Numbered from the stretch's first letter, positions 1 to 11,411 are shown. The stretch: DNA of 64,000 nt from Eubacteriales bacterium (GCA_045542075.1 JAZQKI010000048.1:41036-105035), one strand, 5' to 3'. Translations and numbers: made by a program. The notes: generated by a model not told the origin, from the sequence alone.

Positions 1-1369
1 CGTAGTCAGCGACCGTCTTTTCCGCCGACACTCTGTCCCTTTCAAGACGCTCGTGTATCTGCTCATATTCCTCAATATCAACAAGAATATTCGCATTTCT
101 GTCGCTTCCGCTGGAGCGGGCGTTTTCAAGCACGGAGATTCTCACCTTGATATCGGTCGCGACCTCCTCTGCCGCCTTGCTATCAGAAAATGCGGTGTCT
201 ATATCTTTATCAAGCTGGGCAATTTTGCACTTCTGCTCAAAAATTTCGTCCTCAGCGGCTTCAAGCTTTGTATTCCAATCCTCAAGCGAGCCCTCAAGCT
301 CGGATATTCTGCCCTTTTGAGCTTCTGCCTTTAGCTTTTCGTCCGCAAGAGTCTTTTTGAAGGACTCTCGGGACTGCTCCGCGTTCTGCATAAGCTCGCC
401 CGCATGCGCAATATTGCTCTCGCCGACTCTGAATTCACTGTCAAGCGTGTGTATTCTGCCTGTAAGGTCGCGTATTTCGGAAAGAAGCTGTGAGGATGCG
501 ATCTTACCGCTCTGCGACGCGTCAAAAAGCTTTGCTGAACGTGCGTCAAGAGACTGCATTGAGTCCTCGGCATTCTTTAAGTCAAAGGACGAATGACGGA
601 GCGCATCCTCGGCGACGGATATATCCGCGCGGAGCTTTTCCGTGTCAAACAGCCAAAGGCTGACGTCGACCTTTTTCTTTGCGTCCATAAGCTCGATAGC
701 GCGCTTTGCCTTGCCTGCCTCTCGCTCAAGAGGGCCCACCTGCGACTCAACCTCGACAAAAACGTCGTTAACTCGAGTCATGTTGTCCTCTGTCTGAGAG
801 AGCTTTCTCTCCGCCTCGTTTTTCTTATGTCTGTATTTTGCGATACCCGACGCATCCTCAAAAATTCCGCGTCGCTCGTCGCTCTTACGGGACACCATCT
901 CGGCTATTCTTCCCTGACCGATAATGGAATATCCGTCACGGCCGATACCCGTGTTCATAAACATCTCGTAAATATCACGGAGTCTTACGGGGCGGCGGTT
1001 GATATAATATTCACTCTCGCCCGCGCGGAAATAACGTCTTGTGACGGTCACCTCATCGTAGGGGCAGTCGAGTCTGTTGCCCTCGTCGGTGTTGTCAAAC
1101 GTGACAGAGACCTCGGCAAAGCCCATAGGTCTGCGGCTATCCGCACCGCCGAATATAACGTCCTCCATTTTTGTTGAGCGCAGAGTTTTGGAGGATATTT
1201 CACCCAAAACCCAACGCATAGCGTCAGCTATATTTGACTTTCCGCTTCCGTTAGGGCCAACTATGACCGTAACGCCCGAGGATGCGTCCTCAAACTTTGA
1301 GTCAAACACAAGCTTTGTTTTATCGGGAAACGACTTAAATCCTTGAAGCTCTATTGATTTAAGATACAT
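1..1369 (-). CDS. smc: Chromosome segregation protein SMC, N-terminal part (runs off window start; absent from ORF track)
   Basis: Manual translation from ATG at 1369: MYLKSIELQGFKSFPDKT...VIVGPNGSGKSNIADAMRWVLGE...MEDVIFGG (Walker A and SMC signature), followed by coiled coil. Confidence 0.95.
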   Translation of the reverse strand, partial: MYLKSIELQGFKSFPDKTKLVFDSKFEDASSGVTVIVGPNGSGKSNIADAMRWVLGEISSKTLRSTKMEDVIFGGADSRRPMGFAEVSVTFDNTDEGNRLDCPYDEVTVTRRYFRAGESEYYINRRPVRLRDIYEMFMNTGIGRDGYSIIGQGRIAEMVSRKSDERRGIFEDASGIAKYRHKKNEAERKLSQTEDNMTRVNDVFVEVESQVGPLEREAGKAKRAIELMDAKKKVDVSLWLFDTEKLRADISVAEDALRHSSFDLKNAEDSMQSLDARSAKLFDASQSGKIASSQLLSEIRDLTGRIHTLDSEFRVGESNIAHAGELMQNAEQSRESFKKTLADEKLKAEAQKGRISELEGSLEDWNTKLEAAEDEIFEQKCKIAQLDKDIDTAFSDSKAAEEVATDIKVRISVLENARSSGSDRNANILVDIEEYEQIHERLERDRVSAEKTVADY

Positions 1370-1401
1370 CTATTGCCCTTCCTTTCTCGTTATCCGAGTC
1401 T

Positions 1402-2439
1402 TTAGTCTATACATTCGAGAGTGATATTTTCCACATCGCCCTCTTTTATAATTATCTGCTTAAATTTATATATTTGTTTGAGCTTTTCTCTGTTTTTGCC
1501 CTTCTGCCCCACGCATGCTGACAATCTGCCGCGAGGCACACAAAAAACGGCAACATGTCCGCTTGTCTGCGCTCCAAGGTCCTCTATAAGCCCACACATT
1601 TTTGAAAGCATATATTCTCCAATCACAAGCTCTCCAAGCGCTGGGTGATTTGCGCCGCCCATAACGCAGGACTCGTCCGCAAGATTTTCGGACGCGCAAA
1701 GACCTATTCTTATGCAGTCCACACCATGCTCCTCAAAAATTTCAAGCACCCTTGCCGAGCGATATACGGCATCATCCAGCTCAAGCATGCTGTATTCGCC
1801 ACGCTCCGTCATACACGCAAGCTCGGTGTCGTAAAACACCACTGTGGGATAAATTCTCGCGCCCGACGCTCCAAGCGAGCATATTTTCTCTGCGGTGTAT
1901 ATCTCGCTGTCAAGTGTTGACCCGGGCAGTCCTATCATCATCTGTCCGACAAGGTGATAGCCGCGAGAAACTATCATTTCGCACGCGAGAGCCGCCTGCT
2001 TTGCGCTGTGTCCTCTTTTTGAAAGAGCAAGTACGTCGTCATCCATACTCTGCAAGCCAAGCTCTATGGCGCTGACGGTGTAATTTGAGAGTATATCAAG
2101 TATCTCCTCACTTATATAGTCGGGGCGGGTGGACATTCTTATGCCCGTGACTCGGGCATATCCGTTGTCCCTATCAACAAATGACTGCGCAACGTCCAAC
2201 AGATATATCATCAGCTCGCGGTCTATTCCCGTAAACGAGCCGCCGAAATATGCTATCTCCACCTCGCAATCCTGCGGGATCGTCGAAAGCGCGGTCTGTA
2301 TCTCTGTCTTGACGTTTTCGCAATCAAAGCAGGTCTTCCCGGATATGGAGCGTTGATTGCAAAACACACACATATTCGGGCACCCAAGGTGAGGTATGAA
2401 TATGGGGATATTTCTGTGGTTTTTTCTTTTGGTCAACAT
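1402..2439 (-). CDS. Radical SAM protein (Elp3/YhcC-like) in rnc-smc operon
   Basis: CxxxCxxC motif GCPNMCVFCNQ, YFGGSFT, STRPD; typical clostridial position between rnc and smc. Confidence 0.85.
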   Translation of the reverse strand: MLTKRKNHRNIPIFIPHLGCPNMCVFCNQRSISGKTCFDCENVKTEIQTALSTIPQDCEVEIAYFGGSFTGIDRELMIYLLDVAQSFVDRDNGYARVTGIRMSTRPDYISEEILDILSNYTVSAIELGLQSMDDDVLALSKRGHSAKQAALACEMIVSRGYHLVGQMMIGLPGSTLDSEIYTAEKICSLGASGARIYPTVVFYDTELACMTERGEYSMLELDDAVYRSARVLEIFEEHGVDCIRIGLCASENLADESCVMGGANHPALGELVIGEYMLSKMCGLIEDLGAQTSGHVAVFCVPRGRLSACVGQKGKNREKLKQIYKFKQIIIKEGDVENITLECID

Positions 2440-2441
2440 AA

Positions 2442-3161
2442 TTATTCCACGTTGAAAAGTGCCAGAGCCTCACGCGCCGCGGCTTGCTCCGCCTCTCGCT
2501 TGGAGCGACCCTTTCCTCTGCCGATCACGTTGGAATTAAGTCTTGCCTCGACAAAAAACTCCTTCATGTGATCGGGACCGCTCTGACCAACCGTGACGTA
2601 CTCAAGGAAATCTCCCTCTGCCTGTTGAACGAACTGCTGAAGTGCGGTCTTGGGGTCAGCCGAAAAGCCCGTCTTTCCGAGACTCTTTATCTCATCCTGG
2701 ATAAACGGCAAAAGGAAACTTCGCACGTTTTCAAATCCGTCCTCACCCGAATCCAGATAAATAGCCGCAATAAGCGCCTCAAAGGCATCCGCGAGAATGG
2801 ACTTTCTCTCCCTGCCGTTATTTTTTTCCTCGCCGATTCCGAGCAATATGTACTGTCCAAGCTCTATCTTGTGCGCATAGGACGAAAGTGCCCTCTCGCA
2901 CACAAGCTCCGCTCTCATTCTCGTAAGCTCGCCCTCGGGAGAATCGGGAAAGGTCTCGTACAAATATTTACTTGTAATTACGGACAGCACGCTGTCGCCC
3001 AAAAACTCAAGCCTCTCGTTACAGAGAAGATGATGGTTACGAGCGCCCGACTCATTGGAGTAGGAGGAATGCGTCAACGCCTTCTGCAAGAGCATTTTAT
3101 CGCTGAAATCATGTCCCGTTTTACCCTCAAGTCTATCCTTGCCAAACGGACTAACACTCAT
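2442..3161 (-). CDS. rnc: Ribonuclease III
   Basis: NERLEFLGDSVL signature, ADAFEALIAAIYLD, C-terminal dsRBD (DPKTALQ...GKGRSKREAEQAAA). Confidence 0.97.
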   Translation of the reverse strand: MSVSPFGKDRLEGKTGHDFSDKMLLQKALTHSSYSNESGARNHHLLCNERLEFLGDSVLSVITSKYLYETFPDSPEGELTRMRAELVCERALSSYAHKIELGQYILLGIGEEKNNGRERKSILADAFEALIAAIYLDSGEDGFENVRSFLLPFIQDEIKSLGKTGFSADPKTALQQFVQQAEGDFLEYVTVGQSGPDHMKEFFVEARLNSNVIGRGKGRSKREAEQAAAREALALFNVE

Positions 3162-3193
3162 ATTTTGCCTTACCTTTCCGCCAAATATGGCTT

Positions 3194-4573
3194 TTATTCT
3201 TTATCCCCGACCTGCTCGGGAATATACCTTTTATAATTCTGCGCACCAATCATTTGCGCGTATTCGGGAAGCACGTCAAGCGCTCTCGCCGCCACTACCT
3301 CGTATTTTGCAACCTTGCCGCCCTTTATTTTTCTGCCAAGCGGCTCAATAATGCCAAAGTTTGCATTCATAGGAACGAAATTTCCGCTCATATTTCCCGT
3401 GCTTATATATCTTGCCATCGCGCCTATCATCATAGTCGAGGGGAATATCACGCTCTCCTCGCCGAGAACTCTTCTTGCGGCGTTGACTCCAGCGACGAAT
3501 CCCGAGCCCGCCGACTCAATATAGCCCTCTACTCCTGTCATCTGTCCCGCAAAGAACACGTCGGGTCTGCTTATCATTGAGTAATCTGCCGCAAGCATAC
3601 CTGGAGAGTCAAGATAGGTGTTTCTGTGCATTATTCCGTAGCGCAGAAATTCCGCGTTTTCAAGTCCGGGAATCATACCGAAAACTCTCTTTTGCTCGGG
3701 GAAGGTCAGATGCGTCTGGAAACCCACGAGGTTATACATAGTTCCCTCGGCATTCTCTCGGCGAAGCTGAACCACGGCAAAAGCCTCCTCGCCTGTGCGC
3801 TTGTCCACAAGTCCCACGGGCTTTAACGGTCCGTATCTCAGAGTATCATATCCTCTTTTCGCCATAACCTCAACAGGCATACAGCCCTCAAAGACTTTCA
3901 ACTCCTTTTGGGACTCCCGGTCAAATTCCTTGAGCTCTGCCTCCTTTGCGGTAATAAGAGCATTATAGAACGCGTCATACTGCTCACGGTTCATAGGACA
4001 GTTGAGATAGTCAGCATCACCCTTGTCATAGCGTGAGGCGGCATAAACTATGTCCATATTGAGGCTGGACGCGTCCACTATTGGCGCGGCGGCATCAAAG
4101 AAATGAAGTCCCTTGCAGCCCAGAGTGTTCTGTATATACTCCGCCATAGGCTCACTCGTAAGAGGTCCCGTAGCGATAACAGTCACAATTCCGTCCTCAA
4201 CCCCGCTTACCTCTTGCTCTATTATTTCAATATTGGGATGATTTTTTATTTTATCCGTGATATACTGCGAAAACAAGTCTCTGTCCACCGCAAGTGCCGA
4301 GCCCGCGGGGACTCTTGTCGCGTATGCCGCCTCCATTATAAGCGAATCCATACGCAAAAGCTCCTCCTTGAGAAGTCCCACCGCATTAGTCACCCTGTCC
4401 GAGCGCAACGAATTTGAGCATACAAGCTCGGCAAAGCTCTCGGAGTGGTGAGCGGGGGTGTATTTATGCGGCTTCATTTCATAAAGCCTCACTCTGACTC
4501 CCCGCTCCGCCGCCTGCCATGCCGCCTCGCAGCCCGCAAGTCCCGCGCCGTATACGTTTATTATCTTATCCAT
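3194..4573 (-). CDS. trmFO: Folate-dependent tRNA (uracil-5-)-methyltransferase TrmFO/Gid
   Basis: [36 protein letters not shown]; downstream of topA. Confidence 0.95.
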   Translation of the reverse strand: MDKIINVYGAGLAGCEAAWQAAERGVRVRLYEMKPHKYTPAHHSESFAELVCSNSLRSDRVTNAVGLLKEELLRMDSLIMEAAYATRVPAGSALAVDRDLFSQYITDKIKNHPNIEIIEQEVSGVEDGIVTVIATGPLTSEPMAEYIQNTLGCKGLHFFDAAAPIVDASSLNMDIVYAASRYDKGDADYLNCPMNREQYDAFYNALITAKEAELKEFDRESQKELKVFEGCMPVEVMAKRGYDTLRYGPLKPVGLVDKRTGEEAFAVVQLRRENAEGTMYNLVGFQTHLTFPEQKRVFGMIPGLENAEFLRYGIMHRNTYLDSPGMLAADYSMISRPDVFFAGQMTGVEGYIESAGSGFVAGVNAARRVLGEESVIFPSTMMIGAMARYISTGNMSGNFVPMNANFGIIEPLGRKIKGGKVAKYEVVAARALDVLPEYAQMIGAQNYKRYIPEQVGDKE

Positions 4574-4574
4574 C

Positions 4575-6881
4575 TTAATCTTCTACAAAATTATCTGTTG
4601 CGGTCTTTGTAAATCCGCAGACCTGATTGTTGCAAACGAGCAACGCCTTGCCCTTCTTTCTGAAAAGAATGCTTCCGCAGTCGGGGCATTTTTCGCTTGT
4701 GGGCATATCCCATGATGAGAAATCGCACTCGGGATATTTTTCGCAGCTATAGAATACGCTCTTGTTTTTGCCGTATTTCTGCACCACCTTGGAATTACAT
4801 TTCGGGCAGCTGACGCCTATATCCTTGGTCCTGGGCTTTGTGGTCTTGCACGTGGGATAGTTTACGCAAGCATAGAAGCTTCCGTATCTGCCTGTACGAA
4901 GAACCATATCAGAGCCGCACTTTTCACACTTGAAATCCGCAACCACAGTCTTTTTCTGCGCGCTCTTTTCTACCTTTTCCTCTTTTTCCTCTGCCTCCTC
5001 AGGCTCTTCCGTTGCCTTAACGAGAGGCTTTGTATTTCTGCACTGAGGATAGTTGGGGCAGGCGGCAAACTTGCCGAATCTGCCGTTCTTTACCACCATC
5101 TTAGCGCCGCACTTGTCACATATAATATCAGTCTCCTCAACGGGAACCTCAATGCTTGCGTTAGCAAGGCTCTCCTCAGCGTTTTTGAGTGTCACCTCAA
5201 AATCCTTCCAGAAATCCACCAATACGTCCTGCATAGGACACTCGGACTTTTCAATTCGGTCGAGGTCATTCTCCATCTCCGCCGTGAACTTGTAGTCAAC
5301 AACGTAGGCAAAATGATCTCTCATAATCTTTGTGGTTATCTCGCCAAGAGGTGTGGGAACAAGTGCCTTACCGTCACGCTTTACGTAGTTTCTTGAAACT
5401 ATTGTCGTGATAATAGGCGTGTAGGTACTCGGTCTGCCAATGCCCTTCTCCTCAAGGAACTTGATAAGCGACGCCTCGTTATATCTCGGGGGCGCTTCGG
5501 TAAAGTGCTTTGTGGGGTCAATAGACTCGGAATCAAGCTGCTCCTTTTCATGAAGATCGGGAAGCTTTATATCCTTCTGATTGTCGTGCTCATCCTTGTG
5601 TGTCTCATCCTCGGACTCAACGTAAAGCGCCATATATCCGGGGAAGGTCACTGTATATCCGCCCGTGCGGAAGATATATCCCGAATTTTCAAAGTCCACC
5701 GTCAGAGTCGAGAGTGTTGCGCTCTCCATCTGGCTTGCGATAAATCTTTCCCAGATAAGCTTGTATATCTTATACTGATCACTTGTAAGATAGCTCTTTA
5801 TCTTTGCGGGCTCGAGCGCTACCTTTACGGGACGGATCGCCTCGTGAGCGTCCTGCGCGCCGGATTTCGCCTTATACACTCTGGGCGTCTCGGTGTTGTA
5901 TTCCTTTCCGTATCTCTCAAGAATAAACTCTCTTGCCGCATCCTGAGCCTCTGCGGAAACTCTGAGCGAGTCGGTACGCATATAGGTTATAAGACCCTGT
6001 ACGCCTCCATTCTCCGCTCCGAGATTGATACCCTCGTAAAGCTCCTGCGCTACGCGCATGATACGCTGAGACTGGAATCCAAGATGTCTTGATGCCTCCT
6101 GCTGAAGCGTAGAGGTCGTGAAGGGGGGCGCGGGGAGCTTGCGGCGTGAGGAACGCTTGATGGACTCAACGGTAAATTTCTTGCCGTCCACCGTATTGAC
6201 TATCCTCATAGCCTCGTCCTCGGATGAAGGAACTACCTTGCCAGACCTGTCTCCGTAAAATCTGACTGTGAAGGGCTTACCGTCGCTTGCAAGCAGAGTT
6301 GCGTCAATGGTCCAATATTCCTCGGGAACAAAGCTCTTTATTTCCTCTTCTCTTTCAACGATTATTCTTGTTGCGACAGACTGAACGCGTCCTGCGGAAA
6401 GACCGCTCTTTACGGACTTCCAAAGGATAGGAGATATCTTATATCCCATTATTCTGTCAAGTATTCTTCTCGCCTGCTGAGCGTCAACAAGGCTCATGTC
6501 TATCTGTCGGGGGGATTTTATAGCTGCCTTTACAGCAGTCTTTGTGATCTCGTTGAATGTAACTCTGAGTGTTTTCTCAACGGGGATACCGAGAGCGGTC
6601 GCAAGATGCCATGAAATTGCCTCTCCCTCACGGTCAGGGTCGGTTGCGAGAAAGACTTTATTTGCAGCCTTAGCTTCCTTCTTGATCTCCTTGATAAGAT
6701 CTCCCTTACCTCTGATGTTGATGTAGTGCGTGTCAAAATTATTCTCAATGTCAACGCCAAGCGTGGACTTGGGAAGATCTCTTACGTGTCCCTTTGACGC
6801 GATAACCTTGTAGTTTGAGCCGAGATACCCTTTTATAGTGCTCGCCTTGGAGGGTGACTCCACTATTACCAAATTTGCCAT
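4575..6881 (-). CDS. topA: DNA topoisomerase I
   Basis: [37 protein letters not shown] active-site Tyr, C-terminal C4 zinc fingers. Confidence 0.98.
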   Translation of the reverse strand: MANLVIVESPSKASTIKGYLGSNYKVIASKGHVRDLPKSTLGVDIENNFDTHYINIRGKGDLIKEIKKEAKAANKVFLATDPDREGEAISWHLATALGIPVEKTLRVTFNEITKTAVKAAIKSPRQIDMSLVDAQQARRILDRIMGYKISPILWKSVKSGLSAGRVQSVATRIIVEREEEIKSFVPEEYWTIDATLLASDGKPFTVRFYGDRSGKVVPSSEDEAMRIVNTVDGKKFTVESIKRSSRRKLPAPPFTTSTLQQEASRHLGFQSQRIMRVAQELYEGINLGAENGGVQGLITYMRTDSLRVSAEAQDAAREFILERYGKEYNTETPRVYKAKSGAQDAHEAIRPVKVALEPAKIKSYLTSDQYKIYKLIWERFIASQMESATLSTLTVDFENSGYIFRTGGYTVTFPGYMALYVESEDETHKDEHDNQKDIKLPDLHEKEQLDSESIDPTKHFTEAPPRYNEASLIKFLEEKGIGRPSTYTPIITTIVSRNYVKRDGKALVPTPLGEITTKIMRDHFAYVVDYKFTAEMENDLDRIEKSECPMQDVLVDFWKDFEVTLKNAEESLANASIEVPVEETDIICDKCGAKMVVKNGRFGKFAACPNYPQCRNTKPLVKATEEPEEAEEKEEKVEKSAQKKTVVADFKCEKCGSDMVLRTGRYGSFYACVNYPTCKTTKPRTKDIGVSCPKCNSKVVQKYGKNKSVFYSCEKYPECDFSSWDMPTSEKCPDCGSILFRKKGKALLVCNNQVCGFTKTATDNFVED

Positions 6882-6912
6882 CTATATGTGATTCCTTTCA
6901 TTATTTTCAAGC

Positions 6913-8271
6913 TTATTTTCTGATATACAACGCACCGGGGAGCGAGGATACCAGTCCCTTGATCTCAAGTATGGTCAAAGCAGACATTACCTCTCCCATA
7001 GTATATCCCGATTTTGTGAAATAGTCCACCGTTACGGGCTTATCCATAGGCATCTCATCAAATATCTCTCTTTGACGCTGACTCAGGGATTCAATTATTT
7101 TTTGGGAGTTATCTCCCGCATTTACCGTCTGAGGCTGAATTATCTTTTCGGGCTCAGACGCCTTTTTTCTTGCTCTCTTGGCTGGAGCTTTTTTCTGCCT
7201 TGATATCTGCTCCTTAAAGCTCTCAAAGCTATTATAATCGCCGCCGTCAGAGTTATCGTCTCTCTTTTGGAGCTTCTCGTTTGGTATGGGCTTCGCCGCA
7301 GGGGCGGAAGCTCGCATACTTATCTTCATTTTCAAAAGCGCGGACGGATTAAAGTCGGATCTTGTCTCCGCCTGCGTCAGTTTGTGCATATCCAGAGTGT
7401 GTCTGTACAAAAACGCATATCCCTTAATAACGTCTCTGCCGCAAAGCACCGCCGTTGCGCCGTCACGTATCAAGGCATTCGTGCCGGACGCGTTCGCTTC
7501 TCCGATGTTACCGGGGACCGCGTAAACGTCCTTGCCCTGAATTATTGCATTCTTTGCGGTTATCAGCGCGCCGCTTTCATCGGGTGCATCAACGACAAGC
7601 GTGCCCGAGCCAAGTCCGCTGATTATTCTGTTTCTCATGGGGAAGTTGTATCTGTAAGGTCTTGTTGAGGGCGGATATTCGGTAATGACCGCTCCGCGCT
7701 CAGCTATCATTTGGTAAAGCTTTGTGTGCTCCTTGGGGTAGATCACGTCTATTCCGCTTCCAAGCACGGCAACAGTTCTGCCTCCCGCCTCAATAGACGC
7801 GCAAGCCGTAACTCCGTCTATACCAAGCGCCATACCGCTAACGGTCACAGCACCGGATGCCGCTATCTCATAAGCTATTTTATACGCCGATTTCATACCG
7901 TATTCGCTCATTTTACGAGTTCCTACAACGGATATGAAAAGCTCGCGGTTGAAATCCGGGAGCTTGCCGACATAGTACAGCACCACAGGGGGATTCTTAA
8001 GTGCGCGCAGTGACGTAGGAAATCTCTCGTTGTCAAACGCGAGAACTCCCACACTGTTCTTCTGACACCAGCTCATTATCTGATAAGATGAATCAAGCTC
8101 CTTGTTTGAAAGCTTCTCGGCGGTCCTCTCGTTTATTCCGAGAGATATATAGGCGTCAAAATCAGCATTGTATATGTCCTCTATATTTCCCATGCGCGAA
8201 ACAAGAGTGAGAATATCCTCACTTCCCACACCGCATCTGTCCGACAGCCATATCCACTTGATCTCGCTCAT
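6913..8271 (-). CDS. dprA: DNA-processing protein DprA
   Basis: SVVGTRKMSEYG, SGMALGIDG, FPMRNRIISGL, SGALITA, C-terminal winged helix; dprA-topA-trmFO synteny. Confidence 0.95.
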   Translation of the reverse strand: MSEIKWIWLSDRCGVGSEDILTLVSRMGNIEDIYNADFDAYISLGINERTAEKLSNKELDSSYQIMSWCQKNSVGVLAFDNERFPTSLRALKNPPVVLYYVGKLPDFNRELFISVVGTRKMSEYGMKSAYKIAYEIAASGAVTVSGMALGIDGVTACASIEAGGRTVAVLGSGIDVIYPKEHTKLYQMIAERGAVITEYPPSTRPYRYNFPMRNRIISGLGSGTLVVDAPDESGALITAKNAIIQGKDVYAVPGNIGEANASGTNALIRDGATAVLCGRDVIKGYAFLYRHTLDMHKLTQAETRSDFNPSALLKMKISMRASAPAAKPIPNEKLQKRDDNSDGGDYNSFESFKEQISRQKKAPAKRARKKASEPEKIIQPQTVNAGDNSQKIIESLSQRQREIFDEMPMDKPVTVDYFTKSGYTMGEVMSALTILEIKGLVSSLPGALYIRK

Positions 8272-8309
8272 AATGCCGCTTCTCCCCTCAAATCAAAAAG
8301 TTATTTTCG

Positions 8310-9164
8310 TCATCCCCTGCCAAAAAAATCCCACAAAAGCACCGATGCCGCCACTGCCGCATTCAGGGATTCCACTCCGCTTTGCATGGGAATATACAGG
8401 GTTGAGTCACACGCCTGTATAGCCTCGGACGTTAGCCCGTGTCCCTCGTTGCCTATAAGTATGCAGTCGGAGGGATGGATGCTTGCCTGTCCGAGCCTTT
8501 GAGCCCTGTCATCAAGCGCGGCGGCAAAGACTCTCCTTCCGTCCGCCTGAAGACATTTTATCGCCTCGGGGATACTGTCTACTCTGTCTATCCTCATTCC
8601 GAACAGTGTTCCCATTGACGCGCGTACCGCCTTGGAGTTGTAAATATCCGCGCAGTCAGCGCTCATAATTATTTTGTCCGCGCCCATCGCCGCGGCGCTT
8701 CGAATTATAGCGCCGATATTCTGCGGGTCTCTTACAGATTCAAGCAAAAGCACCCTTTCGCCATCCGCCGCAAGCCGCTCTGAAAAATTTTTTCCTTCAT
8801 TATTTATTTTAACAAATTTATGAAATTTGTCAATATATTTTGCCACACATATTACGCCCTCGGGAGATTTTTCGGTAGAGATCTTCTCAAGGACCGACTG
8901 CTTTACGGGTATAATTCTGCAAAAAATATCCTCGCGTCGAAGGTTATACGTCTGAAATGCCTTCTCGAAAACACTCTCATATTTCTCGTCTGACACGAGC
9001 ACATATTCCAGCTCAACACCGCGAGATATCGCCTCGCAAAGCAGCTTTACACCGTCAAAGCGGAAAAGACGAGAGCCGTCACGACGTTTTTTTTCGTCCA
9101 GCATTCTCGCCTCGGAAACGTATTTATTTTGTCCCGACGTGATGATTTCTTCAAAAAAATCCAT
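8310..9164 (-). CDS. TrmH/SpoU family RNA methyltransferase
   Basis: DPQNIGAIIRSA, LIGNEGHGL, IPMQSGVESLNAAVAASV; start placed at the second Met of the ORF (uncertain). Confidence 0.92.
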   Translation of the reverse strand: MDFFEEIITSGQNKYVSEARMLDEKKRRDGSRLFRFDGVKLLCEAISRGVELEYVLVSDEKYESVFEKAFQTYNLRREDIFCRIIPVKQSVLEKISTEKSPEGVICVAKYIDKFHKFVKINNEGKNFSERLAADGERVLLLESVRDPQNIGAIIRSAAAMGADKIIMSADCADIYNSKAVRASMGTLFGMRIDRVDSIPEAIKCLQADGRRVFAAALDDRAQRLGQASIHPSDCILIGNEGHGLTSEAIQACDSTLYIPMQSGVESLNAAVAASVLLWDFFGRG

Positions 9165-9210
9165 AAAAAACACCCTTTTTTTGCAGTTTTGATTTGCCTA
9201 TATATATGAC

Positions 9211-9235
9211 AAAAACCCGGCTTGACCGGGTTTTT
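9211..9235 (-). terminator. Intrinsic terminator after rplT
   Basis: aaaaacccgg-cttga-ccgggttttt perfect hairpin with A/T tails. Confidence 0.8.
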
Positions 9236-9244
9236 ATTCAATGA

Positions 9245-9598
9245 TTAGAGAGCTGCCTTTGCCTGCTCAACGAGTGCTGCGAAAGCTGCCTTGTCGTTAA
9301 CTGCAAGCTCTGCGAGCATCTTTCTGTTGAGTGTGATGCCTGCCTTCTTGAGTCCGTTCATGAATGTGGAATAGTTCATTCCGCAAGCCTTTGCCTGTGC
9401 GGAAATTCTTGTGATCCACAATCTTCTCATATCTCTCTTCTTAAGCTTACGACCTACAAACGCATAGTTACCGCTCTTCATTACAGCCTGCTTAGCCATC
9501 TTGAAGTGCTTGGACTTTGCACCCCAGTAACCCTTTGCAGCCTTAAGCATCTTCTTTCTTCTCTTGCGCGTCATAAGAGCGCCCTTAATTCTTGCCAT
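9245..9598 (-). CDS. rplT: 50S ribosomal protein L20
   Basis: [16 protein letters not shown]...[10 protein letters not shown]...[11 protein letters not shown]. Confidence 0.98.
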   Translation of the reverse strand: MARIKGALMTRKRRKKMLKAAKGYWGAKSKHFKMAKQAVMKSGNYAFVGRKLKKRDMRRLWITRISAQAKACGMNYSTFMNGLKKAGITLNRKMLAELAVNDKAAFAALVEQAKAAL

Positions 9599-9697
9599 TT
9601 TCTTACTCCTTCTATGTGCCTCTGCCTTTTGACATGGCTCTGATATTTTTTTGTGGTTGTGTCCTCTCGTACGGGATTGCGGTGACTACCGCGAGAA

Positions 9698-9892
9698 TTA
9701 CTTCTGAATGAGAACTCTGATGTTGGGAGCCATGGACTCGCTCATGATTGCGCCCGTGCGGAGATGTCTCTTTCTCTTCTGGCTCTTAAGTCCGAGATTG
9801 TGACGGTGATGACAGTGATTCATCTTTACCTTGCCTGTTCCCGTAACGGAAAATCTCTTGGCAGAAGCCTTATGTGTCTTGATTTTTCCCAT
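9698..9892 (-). CDS. rpmI: 50S ribosomal protein L35
   Basis: MGKIKTHKASAKRFSVTGTGK; between infC and rplT. Confidence 0.97.
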   Translation of the reverse strand: MGKIKTHKASAKRFSVTGTGKVKMNHCHHRHNLGLKSQKRKRHLRTGAIMSESMAPNIRVLIQK

Positions 9893-9927
9893 TGTTATAT
9901 ACTCCTTTGAATTTTTATTTACAAATA

Positions 9928-10485
9928 TTATTTTTTCTGTGTGATGGGCGAGATGACCATGCTCATTATTCTGCCGTCGACCGAGGGCTTCTTGTCTACG
10001 TTGCCTACCTCGGAGCAGAATTCCGCAAATTTGTCGATTATCTCACGACCTATTGCCATATGGCTCATTTCTCTTCCCTTAAATCTCATAACAACGCGCA
10101 CCTTGTTTCCCGAGGACAAAAACTTTACTGCCTGCTTCGCCTTGGTCTCAAAGTCATGCGTATCGATTCTGGGTGAAAGCTGAATTTCCTTAAGCTCGAC
10201 CGTCTGCTGCTTTTTCTTTGCTTCCTTCTCGCGCTTTTCACGCTCAAAGCGGTACTTTCCGAAATCCATTATCTTACACACGGGGGGATTTGCCTGCGCG
10301 GACATCGCTACAAGGTCAAGATCCTTTTCGTATGCGATCTTAAGTGCCTGCTCAGAGCTCATTATTCCGAGCTGCTCACCGTCTGAACCGATTACTCTTA
10401 CCTGCGGAAAGTCAATATCTTCATTGACAAGAGTATCTTTTTCTTTGTTTGCTGCTATGGGTAACACCTCCATTTTTTTGCTCAT
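9928..10485 (-). CDS. infC: Translation initiation factor IF-3
   Basis: VRVIGSDGEQLGIM, PPVCKIMDFGKYRFE, KEIQLSPRIDTHD, FKGRE. Confidence 0.97.
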   Translation of the reverse strand: MSKKMEVLPIAANKEKDTLVNEDIDFPQVRVIGSDGEQLGIMSSEQALKIAYEKDLDLVAMSAQANPPVCKIMDFGKYRFEREKREKEAKKKQQTVELKEIQLSPRIDTHDFETKAKQAVKFLSSGNKVRVVMRFKGREMSHMAIGREIIDKFAEFCSEVGNVDKKPSVDGRIMSMVISPITQKK

Positions 10486-10558
10486 ACCTTTTCGGTATGT
10501 GTGGCTTGAATACCAAGCCGATATATTTTATAATATTTGCGAACCTATGGATCCGACG

Positions 10559-10673
10559 AAAAAACGCCGGGAATACAGAAATCCCGACGCGCACAGTCTC
10601 CCCTTATAAATAAAGGAAAATATTAACCGTGACTCGCCCTTGCGGTCAGGTGGAAGCGGGACTTCTCTTTATT
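10559..10673 (-). ncRNA. L20 leader (ribosomal protein autoregulatory RNA) with terminator hairpin
   Basis: Minus strand reads aaagagaagtcccgcttccacctgacc...ggttaa then gcgtcgggatttctgtattcccggcgtttttt; matches the Firmicute L20-leader pattern (AGAAG..CCCGCUUC.CACCUGA) upstream of infC-rpmI-rplT. Confidence 0.8.
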
Positions 10674-10681
10674 GCCTTGTG

Positions 10682-10710
10682 ATTATAGCATAATTTTGGA
10701 CTCTTGTCAA
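10682..10710 (-). promoter_or_regulatory. sigmaA promoter of the infC operon
   Basis: TTGACA-17bp-TATAAT with extended TG on the minus strand. Confidence 0.85.
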
Positions 10711-10796
10711 TAGGTTTTTGAAATTTTTTTTCGGATTTGTAGGATTTCCTGCAACTCCTTACACGGTTTCATTACTAAAATTCCTTTCGGGTATGA

Positions 10797-11228
10797 CTAA
10801 ACCCGTCTGTATTTAAAACGGACACACGCCCTGCGATACCATGATCCTTCAAAAAACATTTTGGTTTTATTTTCCTCGATTTCGCCTTCTGACATGCCGT
10901 GATCCATAAGCCATTTTTTGACTGCAGGGGTTTCCTTGTAAGGATCTTTCTCTATGCCTTCTTCTCCCCAACCATTCTCTTTTTTAGCTTGGGGGCACAG
11001 CTCAATCAAACGTAACGGACGGTTCTTATAAAAACACAAATAAGCCTTTATAAAGTCACCTTCGTCAATATCCACCCAACACTCATACCACACATATCCC
11101 GTTTTTACGTCGTTTACACGAACGATTAAATCCGGAATTTTTTCTTTAAGATGTTTTATTTTTGTATTTCTGTTTATTTTTAATTTTGAATTACATAGAA
11201 CAATTTTTCTTTTTTTGAAATCTACCAT
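10797..11228 (-). CDS. Hypothetical protein, AT-rich orphan (143 aa)
   Basis: ORF with GGAGG RBS before ATG at 11228 and its own promoter; no recognisable motif. Confidence 0.65.
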   Translation of the reverse strand: MVDFKKRKIVLCNSKLKINRNTKIKHLKEKIPDLIVRVNDVKTGYVWYECWVDIDEGDFIKAYLCFYKNRPLRLIELCPQAKKENGWGEEGIEKDPYKETPAVKKWLMDHGMSEGEIEENKTKMFFEGSWYRRACVRFKYRRV

Positions 11229-11352
11229 AGAGATTCCTCCTCCGCATGAAATATAAAAAAGCACACGTATAGCCTCACGCCGACCTATGAGAAACTTGTC
11301 TTTTGTCAATAAATTCGGCAACAACAGTTTTATTAGGGTTTGCTCTATTATA

Positions 11353-11381
11353 AATTTAGCATACTTTTATGTATTTGTCAA
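11353..11381 (-). promoter_or_regulatory. sigmaA promoter of orphan gene
   Basis: TTGACA-17bp-TAAATT with extended TG. Confidence 0.6.
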
Positions 11382-11387
11382 CAGTAT

Positions 11388-11411
11388 AGGACGATCGATG
11401 GTCGCCTCTAC
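11388..11411 (-). repeat. Degenerate GTAG-type REP palindrome
   Basis: Minus strand GTAG-AGGCGACCATCGATCGTCCT, an imperfect hairpin headed by GTAG. Confidence 0.45.
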
